Source: Trichosphaerium sp. ATCC 40318 (Eukaryota > Protista > Tubulinea). Taken from it: a DNA stretch of 64,000 bases. Location: positions 1 through 64,000 of the forward strand of contig JALMLS010000030.1 in NCBI GenBank assembly GCA_038496445.1, given 5' to 3'. A model generated the notes under the pieces. The model was not told where the DNA came from. It worked only from the letters and a program-made list of their open reading frames with translations, and searched no databases. The stretch's first letter is position 1, and the number at the start of each line of letters is the position of its first letter. The position numbers were made by a program, and so were the translations under genes. Shown here in pieces: positions 36,573 to 50,060 of the stretch.

Positions 36573-38577
36573 ATGGGTTTTGAGCTGTTTTTGTCGTAAA
36601 TGTCTGTTTAATTCTCCAATGTGTACTAGCGCTAACACAGGGTCTCAGGTATGTTTCTCATGTTGTATATATCACACGCAATGGCTGTATGGGTACGAAA
36701 ATACTATTTAAGCCCAAAATCTATTGCAAGTGTCTAAAATCGTCTTGGCAGGCGGACAGGATGTGGAATTTTGCGTTGTTTCTTCTTCTAGCTGAAAATT
36801 TTGACGGTAAGTGTCACATTTTGAACAAAAACAAATACGACCAGACTTGTGGCGTTTACATTGTTACAAGGTAACTTGGTTCTTCCCGCTGCTTTAGCAC
36901 TTGTAACACAACTTGTTGGTGTTCTTACAGGACCATATATTGGTAAATGGATAGATTCAACATCACGTATTACTGGTAAGTTCATTTTGTTTTAACACGT
37001 GTCATTTTTTTTTTTGTGGTAGCCCGCCGCTGACATACAATTTGTTGTAGTCGTTTTCTTCTCTCTTACACTTCATAATTTTGGTGTCTTGGGTGGGTTG
37101 GTTTTATTGTTATTTATAGCACCATACTCTGGTGTAGCACCTTATCATAATTATAAGTTTATGGCATTGTATTGTTCTCTTGTTGTGTCTTCTGCTTTAA
37201 CTGGAATTGGTGCCACTTCGCGGAAAGTAAGTTAAATTCATACTGAAGGATGGATTAAATATGCAGTATTCGATTAACGATTTATTCAGGTGTCAATAGA
37301 GCGTGATTGGGTACCAAGCATGTGTGAAACTTACCCAAAGAAGAATAATCCACTCACTTCAGTAAACGCATGGTTTATGCGTATAGACTTAACTGCAAAG
37401 GTTCTAGGTATGATATTATAATATATACTATGTGGTTATCTAATTAACGCTATTTTAGCTCCTCTTGCATTTGGTTTAATGACAGATTTTATGGAAATTT
37501 ACTACGGTGGGTTTGTACTTTTTAATGTTGACTTATCTTGCCTCCTTTAGCTATTTATGCGGTTTCCTTCTTGAATATCTTATCTTACATCCCAGAAGTA
37601 CTTCTAGCTATGATTGTATATTATAAAACACCACGCCTTCAGTTCAGGGATGTTAAAGATGTACGATAAAACCCAGTTTACATGATGGACTGAGCTTCTT
37701 TAGAAATCATACACTAACCCATTTGTACTCCTTGTTCGTGGTTGGAGTTCTTATCTAAGACACAACGTATTTTTCGCCAGTTTCGGGTACTGTTGGTTAT
37801 ACCTCAGTGGTTTGACACCAGGGGCATTGATGATAGCCTATTTGAAGTCCGTTGGGCAGACGAATACAGAAGTTTCAATTTTTCAGGTAAGTTCTTGTAT
37901 GTTTTCTTGACTGATTTGCTCGCAAGGCTCTTTCTTCTGTATTCGGTGTGGCAGCTACGTTTGTAACACCGTGGTGTATAAAGTTTTTTGGATTAGAGAA
38001 AACAGGATTCGCTAGGTATGCCTGATGATAGAACACTAACTTTGATTTGATTTTGACACTGTTTTGTTATTTAGCATCTGGTTCGAGTTCGTAGTTATTG
38101 GCAGCTCTATCGCACATTTTTTCTTTCCAAAGTATGTTACCGTTTGGGTGGCAGTTGCAGCTGTTACAGTGTCACGTATTGGATTATGGAGCTTTGACTT
38201 GTGTGAAGTACAGATAATGCAGGTGAGCCATCAAGAATGCCATTGCTGCTTGTTTACTTTTTTCTTAGGAACGGATAGCAGACCATGAACGAGGTACAGT
38301 GAGCGCTGTTGAGCGCTCTTTGACATCTATATTTTTCATGGGCATCTATGCTATAAGTATAGGAGTAAGGGATACAAAAAGATTCAAGTGGGTTGCTTTG
38401 GCATCAGTAGCATCTGTATTTTTAGGATCGATAAGTTATTCGTTTTGGTATGGATGTATTCACCCAAAAACGAAGCACTTGAAGCCCAACGTGGACAAAG
38501 AAAAAGCATCGATCCAAGCTTCTGATGAGACATCAGCACTTATCACTCGTCACTCTGATGATGAGGATGATAAATAA
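36573..38577 (+). CDS. SLC40A1: Ferroportin-family (SLC40A1/FPN1) iron exporter
   Basis: WADRMWNFA, GPYIGKWID, SIERDWV, RIDLTAKVLAPLAFG, SRIGLWSFDLCEVQIMQE. Confidence 0.9.
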
Positions 38578-38685
38578 AACAGATAGGAAGAGATTGATTT
38601 CAATGTTTATTTTTTTTTTGAGTGATTTTTCTGCCGTGAGATACATAGAGAATAAAGGTTTTTTCGGCGGTTTTCTTTTTTAGTC

Positions 38686-38919
38686 TCACTTGGCTTGTAG
38701 TTTCTTCATTAACCTCTCTGTTTCTGCTATGTTCTCCTTTAGGTTGGCACAAGATTGTTGTTTTAAGGAAGCTATTGTTGCGTTTTTACCATCGATTATT
38801 GCTTCGTATTTTGTTGCTTGTACTTTAAGTGCTGCCTTTAAGAAATCTATTAAAGCGTTTTTTTCAAGAATACATTTTTTTAAAGCTTCTAGCTTTAGAT
38901 TTTCTCCTTCTTTTGACAT
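38686..38919 (-). CDS. Small coiled-coil protein, unknown function
   Basis: 77-aa ATG-initiated ORF with heptad character. Confidence 0.5.
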   Translation of the reverse strand: MSKEGENLKLEALKKCILEKNALIDFLKAALKVQATKYEAIIDGKNATIASLKQQSCANLKENIAETERLMKKLQAK

Positions 38920-39095
38920 TATTCTACCACTTGATAAGTCTTCCCTTTATATTAAATATTGTTAGTGATAAAAATCAACACGTGACTGAAAAAAAAAGAA
39001 AGCAGAAATAAAAATCTCTGATTGAAAAAACTTTCTGTTTTGCTTGCTCAGCATTAAAACCGGCTGAAAAGGAGCTAATGTGTTTTATATTCGTT

Positions 39096-42000
39096 ATGGG
39101 TAAAAGCTTAGATAGCGTAGTACTTCAGAACTGCGTTTTAAGAAGAAATAACGTATTGATATTTGTACGTACACTGATTTTTCCATTGTTAATAAGTCTG
39201 AGAAGGTGTAGGTTAGATATAGTCGTTAAAATAATGGTTCAATCTCACTTTTAAGCGTTTGGAACTTAATCTCGTTTTAATCACTCTTACTTTCAATCAA
39301 TAATTGCTAGACAGTACGCTGACGCGTTGAAAAATACCTTTCAGTAATTAAACGAAGAGACAGACTCTGATTTGCTCATCAAATCTTTTTTATGGCCAAA
39401 AGCTGACCATTGGTCTAAAGTGCACATTGGTTGGTACACTGGATACGCCTCGCGGATACAATCGCTGTAGGTTGTTTTTAATTGGTTATAATGGTATTTT
39501 AACAAATATAAGCTGAACGGTTTTTTAAACTCTAATAAATAGACTGAAGCAAAGCCACATTGTGTTATTGTTCTTTCAGAGGGAGATTCACCTCCGCGCG
39601 AAAAATTGGCTGATTTTTTGACTGTTGTCTTCGCACAAAAGAAGTTAATCACTGCATCGAGGAAAACAACAGATAACAAGCACACTTTGCTTGAAATTTC
39701 TGCTGCAAAGACAGATATAAAAGATGCGTACGATCACATCTACGGAGTACGTAAACTGCATCTCTAGACGCTTTTAGAATTGAGAATAACGTTAATTAAT
39801 GTCCAAATACTAAATAAAACGCTTTACAGCGTCTTGGAAACCTAGAAATGACGTGGGCAGACGAGAAATACGTCGTAAAACGCATTCTAAATGCAATTAC
39901 TTTGACAAGCGACGATACTGGTTTAAGCGAACTAGACGCAGACTTGGCAACGTTGTTATGCTCAAAAAAGCCTCTTGGTACGTTTATTATTATCTCAGTA
40001 CACCTTCTAAATAAAGAAAATTAGTCGAACATTGCTTGAGTGTTGGTGTAATTAAGGAGATTTTCTCCCTTCATGATGATGAAGGACGAGCTACTTTGGA
40101 TTCTATGATTTGGTCAAGTAGCAAGCTTGATATTGGACGTATTCATCAGGTACACAGTGATTTCTAAACAGCACAAAGGGCAAAGATTTGAAACTTACGA
40201 ACTTTTTTTTACACTTCTCAAAAAACCCAAATTCACAGACGCATCTACGCTCTAAACAGTTTCTAATTCTTCTTTAGTATTTTGGAACACGTGTGGCATG
40301 GTATTTTTCTTGGATGCGTACGATTCCAGTGATTTAATGCCAGTTTTTGTTCGGTTTTTTTGGGTTAACATTTTGATGTTTTTAGAACTTTACTGTTCCT
40401 GGTTGTCCATTCCAGCTGTATTGGGTTCTACATTCTGGGCGCTTTGGAAAGTTGGCGTAAATGCAACTATGCTTGTACCTGTTTATTCTATAATGATTAC
40501 ATTATGGGGTATGTTGTTTATACACTTTTTTTTGGAAGTTACTTACTTTTTTTGATAGCTAGTTTATTCATGATTTATTGGCGCCAGGAAAGTGCTCGTA
40601 ACGCCCATCTATGGTCTGTTGAGTCCAAAGCAGATGTAGATAGAAGAGTCTTACCAAGGTAATAACTCAAAGTCAAAATACGCTGAGCACTAATACGTTT
40701 TTTTTTTGTATTAGTTTTAAAGGTAAAAAACGAGTCAGTCCAATAACTGGTGAAACAGAAGAACATGCCACATTATCAGATCGCTTACCAGCCTTTATTT
40801 TTTCTACTTTTGTCATTGGCGTATACGTACGTTTGTTTTTATTTGGATACTTTAGTATAGAGCGTCATGGCTAACACTTTCATCATAGCTCATTTTTGCC
40901 TTATATGTATTGCTTTGTCTTCTTAATCTATGCGACTATATGGACCCAGGAGACCTCGTACGTATTTAAAGTAATGTACATAAGTCTAATGGTACTATTG
41001 ATTAGTTTTATATGCCTGAGTTTAACAACTGGGTGAAGCCTAGTGACCCTATATACATTAAATTACTTCCTTCTGTTGTTTATTCAGTTGTTCTCATTAT
41101 TTTGGGCAAAGTACGTGATCATGTTATTTAGTTGTTATATTGTATAGTATACAAGTAACTATGAAACCCTTTTGGAGAGCTTATTTACATTTTTTAGACT
41201 TACCGTGCTATTGCTCTTCGCTTGAATTTCAATGAAAATTTCAAGTATCAAGATGACTTTGAGAACGCTTTGATTATCAAATACGTCCTCTTTGACTTTT
41301 TCTATTGTTACATGGCGCTTTTCTATGTTGCTTTCTATCAGGTAATTGATTTTATAACTATAAATCTTGATTTTTAATCCAACAGTATGACTATCTTTGG
41401 TTTTTTATTTTTCTTGTTTGACATTTCTTCTAGAGAAATATTTTCATGTTGAGAAAGTTGCTTTGGATTCTCTACTCTACTGATGTCTTCCGTCGTATAA
41501 TTGTAGAGACATTAATTCCGTATGTTGTTAGTAGACGGGAATTGTATCTAAGTGTTTATATAGGTATTTGACGAGCGGTAAACGTACTAACAAAAATGAA
41601 GCAAAGAGTCAAATTGAACAAATGCTTGCATCTTATCCTGGCGATATAGATGAGTATGGAGAGATAGGTATGTAAATATTTGAATAACTGTATTGTTAAT
41701 GTATCCACTTAGTCATTCAGTTTGGTTATGTCAGTCTTTTCGCAGCTGCTTTTCCACTTGGAGGATTGTTAGCTTTCGTATGTTTTTTTTGAATTTTGGT
41801 TTCAGTAACGTTTTCTGACTTTGATTATAGCTTAGTAACTCTATTGAAATACGGGCTGATTTGCTTAAACTTATGTATGCCACAAGAAGACCAACCCCAG
41901 AAAAAACACGTGGTATTGGTGCGTCATCATCTTCACAAAAAAACGTTCTTTGAGATAATTTTTTACTGACTTGTTTAAAAGGGAGCTGGGAGTACGCATT

Positions 42001-42300
42001 GAATGCGATTGTAATGATGTCTGCTCTTACCAATAGTGCTTTGTTTTGTTTCACTACAGACATACTACCAGGTCTATACAATAACACTGTCATTGCATTA
42101 GCTGTTACTTTTTGTTTCGAAGTACGTAATTTTGTTGACCATTTTAAGATAATATCCGCTCCTTAATAACTTTGTAGCACGTGCTATTGATTATCAAAAG
42201 TGTTATGGAGTTCTTCATTCCATCTGTTCCAGATGAGGTAAAAATCGCTCATGATATTACGATATACAAGAACCGTAGAACGTTGGATACTTTTAATTAA
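39096..42300 (+). CDS. Anoctamin/TMEM16-family scramblase or channel (ANO10-like); start approximate
   Basis: IFSLHDDE, YFGTRVAWYF, ENFKYQDDFENALIIK, YMALFYVAF, IQFGYVSLFAAAFPL, NSIEIRADLLKL, RRPTPEKTRGIGSWE. Confidence 0.88.
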
Positions 42301-42577
42301 TAAATTGACTTTAATTTTATGCACAAAACCCCAAAAAGTCTCTAAACCTAACAGTACCTCACATCATACAATAGAATTAGTTAAATACGTGTTGCTATCA
42401 ACTAAATTGATTCAGGTTAACGTAACAACTAAAGATTGATTTTAAAAGCTGTGACGCGCACAGACTTTTTTTCTCACTCCAAAACAAGTTAAAACAGTTT
42501 CTAGCAAAATGCTGGTATGAAAAAAGAGGTTTATTACAATCACAAGATGTAATGAGAGCAAAATTACCAGGGCATGT

Positions 42578-44289
42578 TTATGCGACAGTTTCGTATCCTC
42601 TACGACGTCTAAGACAAAAGAATACCAATGCGGCTATCAAGACAGCAACCAAAACTACGCCAACAACAATCAAGGCGATTTGCCATGCTTTAAGTCCAGA
42701 AGATGTTTCGGCAGGTGGCTGTGGAGATTGGGTAGGACTAGATGGACTTGATGGACTTGATGGGCTTGATGGGCTCGTTGGGTTCGATGGAGAAACGCTA
42801 GGAGACTAGGAAAAGAAATGAGAAATGTTTTAAAAGATCCTTAAACATTTGGGAACAAGTAGCTTTGATTCAACGAAATTGCGTTTGTTGTTGTACGTAC
42901 AGCGTAGAAAATGAGTGTGACTTTGAAAGAGAAAGCTTCGAATAACTCATTTGTGTACCACAAATCATTTGCTGCTACTTCTAACTGCATGTGAAGAGTT
43001 TCGTTTCCAGAAACTTGCATAGGGGTGCTCGTTCTCGTTAGGTTATCAGCGCTGCCATCATCAGCAAGGTCAATTACTTGTCCTGAAAGTACGCATGAAG
43101 CATCGTAAGAGCCAACAGTCATAGATTTGAAAAAGCTAGATAAAATAACAGCGTTAGGAGGGTTTCGGGTTCTGCCCTTTTTTTTTTTTTGCGCCTTTTT
43201 GGCGGTTTCAAAAAAAAAATTATCACGTGCGCAAATAGAATATCACGTGCGCAGAGAAAAAAGGATTAAAACGGATGAAATCACGTACTCAGACCATTTT
43301 CTTGGTACAGATTCTTTGTTAGATAGATCTAGCTGTACAGAAAGGTGGTTGAAGCTCGAATTGGATTGAACGCTTAGGTCGTAGAACTTCATTAAAGGAA
43401 CTGTAGGACCTGCGACAGAAGTGTTTCCACCGAACCCAGCAGGTACCCATGAGAAATTTTCTATCCAGTATTCAACTTCACCAGAGATAGATGTCTCCGC
43501 TAAAGGCGTTCTTGTCAGTAAAAGGTCTTGTATATTTGAGAAAAAAAGAAAAACACTAAAAAATTGGAAAAAAAAGAAATCGTTTTTAAATACCTTCGTT
43601 AAGAGCAATCTCGAAATCTAGGTTCAAACCATCATTATTAGTAGCCCCTGCGGAACCATAGTGTATGAGAAAGTCATTTGCGCCTGAAGCTATGACATCG
43701 CAAGGTGAAATAATGTCGAGCTCTACAGCTTCTTTTTCGGAGACTGTAGTGAAATTAAAGTTTCCTGCTTGACCTCTAAATACATTTGACCAATGTGCTG
43801 CTGTGCCGTTGAAAATCGTAGTCTTATAAGCAAATGAGCTTGCTGCATCCATTACATTGATAGTGAAGTTGGCGTCATTGTATTCTAGCGAGCATTAGGT
43901 TATTTAAGGGGAAAAATGGTTAAGAAAAAAAATAAAATAGCGCCACGTGTCTACAAGCGTTCTGCTTGTGGTTTCTGCGATATTCCAAATTGTGGCTTTT
44001 TCGTACGAAAAATAAGTACGAAATAACGTTTTCATTAATATCACTGTCTTATGACAGCAAACGATTGTTTTAGTGATGTACAATGATATTATGAAAAGAG
44101 GAAACTGACAAAGCGAAAAAAGGAGAATTGATAGTTTATGGAAGGCTTGGCTTCTTTGCTCTCTCTTTGGTTCTGCATACCTCCAAACGGCATAGAATCT
44201 GTAAAACTTGTAGTGACGCTATCCAAGTGTATCTGGGACAAAGCGACCGCGAAGATAACAAATAATAATGAGACTGTACTTGGCTTCAT
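42578..44289 (-). CDS. Type I membrane glycoprotein with Pro/Ser stalk and GYxxPhi tail (LAMP-like topology)
   Basis: Signal peptide MKPSTVSLLFVIFAVALS; several NxS/T sites; PSSPSSPSSP hinge; TM WQIALIVVGVVLVAVLIAALVFFCL; tail RRRRGYETVA*. Confidence 0.8.
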
Positions 44290-44852
44290 CTTTTTTTCTC
44301 TAATTTAAAACCGAAAGGTGTTGTTGCCTCTTCCTTATTGAACTTTGTGAGTTGTGTTTGTGATTTTAAGTTTGACGTCACTTATTCTACCTGTTGTTCT
44401 TTTTTGGTTGTAAGTTCCGTTAGATTTGTATTAAAGTCTTGAATGCGCACGTGATTAGACAACTGATTGAACCGTTATTTCGAAGTTTTCTGCACTTGTA
44501 TCACAAATCAAATTGTTGTGCGCTGTTAGTAAATAGGCCTGTAGCAATAAACTCCTACATTAATTTTTTGGCGTGGGATTATGATCCACTATTGACGCTT
44601 GTAGTTTTTTCTAGTGCAAAATGATATTCTACAGAATACAACAGAGGGTTTCCAGCTATACAATTGATTTCCTCGTAGCAAAGCACACCTTTGCAGGCTA
44701 ATTGAAATCTCTTCACGCAGTGTCACGCAGCTTATAAAGCTGATGCAAGACCGTGGTCTCAGTACATGTTCATGATTACTTATTATTGAAGCAGATTGGT
44801 ATAATGTATTTACAGCGGACGAGAAAGCCTTACGTTTTAAAGAGTCATCGCA

Positions 44853-45969
44853 CTAGTAGTCATCACCATCGCAGCACCCACCAGACCACATTTTATGCTT
44901 TGCTATCCAATAGTGAGAAAATAGCGTACAGTAAAAATAAATAAGTTATTTGTACCATTGCAAAACTTTTGATCACACTTAGAGCAATTCTCATAGTCAC
45001 CCGATAAATGAATATTACTGCCACAACTTTCACAAGAAAAAATATCTACATCACATGTATCATTGCCTTTTCCATGGCCTACAACTCAACCAATTAAAAC
45101 AACTTTGCTTTGACTTTTATGCCGAAAGGTATACAAAAAAAGTACTTACACTCCGAACACATATTCACCGAACGTACTTGCACTTTTTCTTTTATTTTTC
45201 ACGCGGATTTTTGCATTTTTTTCCGCAGTTTTGACTTTTTGATTACAAATGCCAATTGGCCACTTTTTCGCAGAAATATAGTGCTTAAAAAAAATACCCT
45301 TCCAAACAGCCTCATATTTCAATATGAAGGTGGTGAATGCAATACAAAACAGTCGTTCATTAGGTGTCACAAGCTCGTGATATTTCGTAGAAATTTGACA
45401 ATTGCAAAACATGCGGAAGAAAATGCAAAAATCCGTGTGAAAAATAAAAGAAAAAGTGCAAGTCCAACAGACTGCACTTTTCTCCGTTAAACTTACAACT
45501 GTTACAATAAAAACCACAGCAATGAGGCACTGTTGAAACATTATCTGTTATGAGGGTTATGTTACAGTTATGGCAATGCCTTAAAGAAATTTACAAAAAC
45601 AGAAATTATACTTTAATAATGAGAAAAAAGCGAGAAAATGGAATTGCACCTTTGTTTCCACCATTGCTGAGGTAATGGTAGTCATTTGAGTCGTTTGTTG
45701 AGCTCGTGCGTATTAGATGTACCGTATGTTGTCTTTCTGAAGCTTTTTAATGCCTTGCGCCTGAAATAATCGCATCTACTGCGAATAGGGAAGCGTTCGT
45801 CCTTGTTTGCCCATTCAGGCTTATTCTTGAGTACATTCTCCCAACGTTTATCATTAAAGCGTGTAGAGCGCGTAAGCTTGCTAACACGCCAATATGAACG
45901 TATTAAATCTTCAACTGGTATAAAATCGAGTAACAGACACAAAATATCCGCGTCCAAGTGCGGTTGCAT
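44853..45969 (-). pseudogene. F-box-like plus Cys-rich (Zn-finger-like) gene remnant, interrupted by a MITE-like insert
   Basis: F-box-like LDADILCLLLDFIPVEDLIRSYWRVSK at 45969; downstream CESCGSNIHLSGDYENCSKCDQKFCN / FSHYWIAKHKMWSGGCCDGDDY*. Linkage of the two parts is inferred. Confidence 0.45.
45176..45463. mobile_element. MITE-like element, 288 bp, ~58-bp terminal inverted repeats
   Basis: ACTTGCACTTTTTCTTTTATTTTTCACRCGGATTTTTGCATTTT...CCGCA at the left end and its reverse complement ending at 45463. No coding capacity and no clear TSD. Confidence 0.65.
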
Positions 45970-46253
45970 GATTGCGTTTGAACAAAGGCATTTGTTGCTT
46001 GCTTAGTGAAGTAAAAATTTTGTATGTTTTTTTAGCGGTTACAAATCTCAAGATTTTTTGTTAAGGCCTTGTTGGTGTGAGTGTATTGAGATTTACAACT
46101 ACACATAACAATCAGATTACAACACTTCGTGACAGCTTATAGTCATGTGATGTCCTGACTTTAAATGTGTGAGTTCTTGAATCGCTATTTTGTCCACCAA
46201 AATAAAAGAAAAAAAAACAAACAACATGTTTTTGGTTACTGGTTTATTGCTTC

Positions 46254-49200
46254 TTATTCCGGTTTTACTGAAATCATTTCAACGCCATGAGAAGGTATGT
46301 CTTTATAAGTATAAGATGAATCAAATACTCCAGCATCCTTACGCTCCCACAAAAGCCTCACATTAGCCTAGGTAATCAATAAGTGGACATAAAAAGAGGA
46401 GTAAAAGGGAACACACCTTTGTTGTGCTTGAGAAGCCAATGTCTTCAAAGAGTACAGTTCCACTTTCCTTTGATGACCCAGTGTTCAACATAGCTACTGC
46501 TACAGCACCTGACTTCAATCGTTTTTTCCAAATATGAACATTTGGGTTTGATGAGTTTGTTCTAATGAAACGACATTACAAAAATTGCAAAGAGTTATAT
46601 ATTTTTAACCACTTACTTTGTTCCTTGAATACCAAGAGGATCTTGGTTAACTGCTACAACTTCAGGTGGTGTAAAAAGACTTGTTGTTTCATCGCTCATT
46701 GTCATTAGATTCGTTCCTGCAAGAAGAGGTGCAGCAAGCATACACCACATACTTAACTGTGACTTTTGCTCTATGGTTTAAAAATATGTTAGAAAGAAAA
46801 GTACACCACGTGGCTGAGAGGTTTTATACAATACCTTCGTAACTGACTCCAACGTCGCCAATAACCAACATATCAGGGTCATTCCAATCTTGAACAAAAA
46901 ATAAGTAAAGAGGAAAACAGAAGAAGATGTGTACGGTTTGGTCCAGCAAGGCTGCCCATTCCAGAATCATGGTTAATAGCTGACATGATTGAACCCCATG
47001 TATTTTGTATATCAGCACCAATACGCCACGTGTTGGCTTTGTAGATCATTAAAAAGAATACTCAAAACGTCAAGTCACTCAAAGTAAAACAAAAAACGAA
47101 CCATAGTCAGCAACCCAAGTACCACATTCTTTGACAGTTCTACAATACTCTACGCTCATACACACTGACGCATTGAGAGATTTAAAAGTATCTCTGAACG
47201 CACCTGATGGACACAATTAACGAAAGAAATCGGAAGGTTTTAAGAGTACCCCAACTAGTTCTTTGATCTCCAGCGCCTTTGCACTTATCTATTTTAACGT
47301 AATCAACACCCCATGCTACATAAGTTGTTGCATCAGTCTTTTCATGCCCTCTACTACCTGGTCTACTCTACAATAGTGGTTATACATACACTTTCAGTGT
47401 TATGTGTTACCTGGCAAGTTTTATCTCCTCTCGCAGTGTAAACACCAAACTTCAAACCTTGCTTGTGTATGTAATCTGCAAGAGATTTCATACCTAACGG
47501 ATACTTGTTATTACTTGACTATTTAACAATATGGTTTCTTAGTACCTGAAGGAAATCGAACAGGATCAGGTACTATCACATCATCGAACTGTCCACTTGG
47601 ATGACGAGCAACTTGCCAACCATCGTCAATATTCTAAGGGCACCAAGCATTAGAAAGTGAGAGAAGTAGAATAAAAAAAGTATCGGTACTTACCACGTAT
47701 CGATATCCAACTGCTTTCATACCACGTGATACCATGGCATCAGCTGTCGCACGCAATAAACGTTCATTGATGTTTGTATGAAAGAAATTCCAACTGTTAA
47801 ACCCAACAGGAGGTGTACTAAACAAAGGTAAATTCCTTGACTTGAAAGGCAAAGTTACGACTCACGGTGCAGCATTGTTGTCAAGTTTTAAGCCGTTTCG
47901 GTTGTACACTGATTGTAACAGCTTTGATTCTTCGATGATATGAGGTTTCAAGTGGTTCAATCCAGGATTGATAGAAACAACAAAAGGCGAAGCTGGGAAT
48001 CCTAAAATACAAGTTAAACGATGAGACAACTTTGTGAGGTAACAGGAAACCACAAGTACTTACCTTGTTCGTTGTAAACAGAGCATTCAGGATTTGAGAC
48101 AAGATTGTATGAGAGCTTTGTAATGGAGCCTTCAAAACCATTGAAACTGAGACTTGATTTGATTTTAGAAATCTGAACATCACTCACATTTACCCATTTG
48201 TTCTCTTTGGCATCGAATGCTTGAAACAAACTTGAAGGTGTTTTACAACATGATGTGCAATGAGATAAGCTCTTGAGGATCAAATCAGAACCATACTCCC
48301 ACGTGATTACAATTTGTTGTTTTGAAGTATCGTATTCAAAAGACAACGGTTGAGGACTTGAAGATACGTTTGGATATTGAACAGCGAATGCAGAGTGTAA
48401 TGTTGCACTTGCAAGACGTTGTGCTTGTATTGACTTGTATCTTGTTGTGCCTTTTGTCTTTGATTCTGGATCGTTTAGATCTAACGACACAGCCATTCCA
48501 GTTGTTTGGATATCGTAACTTGGCATTGCAGAGCTTTGCATCACTCTAAATGTTATTCATTAGTACTCTATATTTGGTAATTATTAAATATTCAGTAGCG
48601 TACTGCAACATTGCTGTGTTCGTGCTTGATGTTTGAACAAAGTTCCAAGCGTAATCTCCCATTTGCCAGACATCACGCCAAGTATTTATCATATTCTTCC
48701 AAACACACTCGTACTCGGTTTGCGACAATCCAGCATCTACAAAACCTATTGAACAGAAAACGTTATTAAATATGTAATACAACGCTGAGGCAGTGCGTAC
48801 CTGGATCGAACAACACGCCTCGAATTGACATGTTTGTCAGTGGATAAATCTGATTTTGCCATGCTTCTGAAGTTCCTTTGACTTTACATTTATCAAGTGC
48901 ACTCGGAGGAGACCAGCTTTTTAAATCAGCATCAACATCGGTTTCTAATACGAGTTAGCTTTGTAGTTACTAAACTGTTTAAAACGTGAGTACCCAGAAC
49001 TATACCAATTGGAAGAGTATGGTAGTATTCATCAATGATTGAACGAATAGTCAAGAAGCAAAGAGCGGAGAATTCCCGAATGTTCTCAACAGTGCATGGT
49101 TGCCAACCTGTATAATAGTTCAGTTTGTTAAACGAAGCAGAAATGACCAAACGTGACGACACGTTTTTTTTTCTTGACTTGAAAGCACGTGTGATGATAA

Positions 49201-49809
49201 AAAATACAACCAAGTGTTTTAATGATCATAAACAGAACCAGGGAAATTATAACTTTGGTACCTTTTTGGGTTGTGAAGATTTGAATTTTACTTGTATATT
49301 TCGAAGCCGTATTTATTTCAGCTGTAGCGTTGATGATATCGCTCATAGGCATAGCCATATCGGCTCCACCAGCACATACATAAACGTCACCATATCGAAC
49401 ATTCTGAATAGTTTTCGCAGGCCCACTCTCTCCTTTAATAAAGCTTTTTAAAACGAGAAAAGGAACGTAATACTTTAATAAATACCTGTAATAGTGAACT
49501 CTACCTTTTGTGCGCTGCTTGGGTTCAACTGAAGTTTCCATTTCCCATCAGGTCCAGCGTTTACTTTGTAATCGGTTCTACCCTCTAAAAATTGCGATTA
49601 GTTAGCGTGTAACTTGTAGGAATGGCTCATGGCTAACCTTTTACTGTTACTGCTTCTCCTGGGTTCGCTGATCCCCATACGAACGATCTCGCACCATATT
49701 GGAAGTTTGATTGAAAAATAGCGTCATTTGACAACACGTGAGGCAAAGTGACTTCTGCAAACGAGAACGAATACAATTGTACGAATAACAACAAAACGAT
49801 AAGCTTCAT
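46254..49809 (-). CDS. Secreted fusion of a sialate O-acetylesterase-like (degenerate) domain and GH27 alpha-galactosidase, copy A
   Basis: Signal peptide; [41 protein letters not shown]; then [59 protein letters not shown]. Confidence 0.9.
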
Positions 49810-50060
49810 AGTGTTTGCAAACTGTTATACGGACTAGTTTTGACGACGGAAATAAATTATGTCACACGTGATATTTTCCGTGGTTTTTATTGAATCTTCC
49901 CGCGAATACTCTTACAGTTGTACATTTGTCAATAAGCAACCTGACCCGCCACAATGTTTTATTGTTAAAAAGGCACTTTCAATAAGTCTGCTACTACTAT
50001 AACACCTTTTTCCATCGATCATTTTTTGCTTGCCAGAAATAACAACTTATTTGGTGAAGA

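Noticed and set aside
45110-45541. Overlapping 126-aa and 131-aa ORFs on opposite strands
   Set aside because: Artefact of the terminal inverted repeats; no protein-like features.
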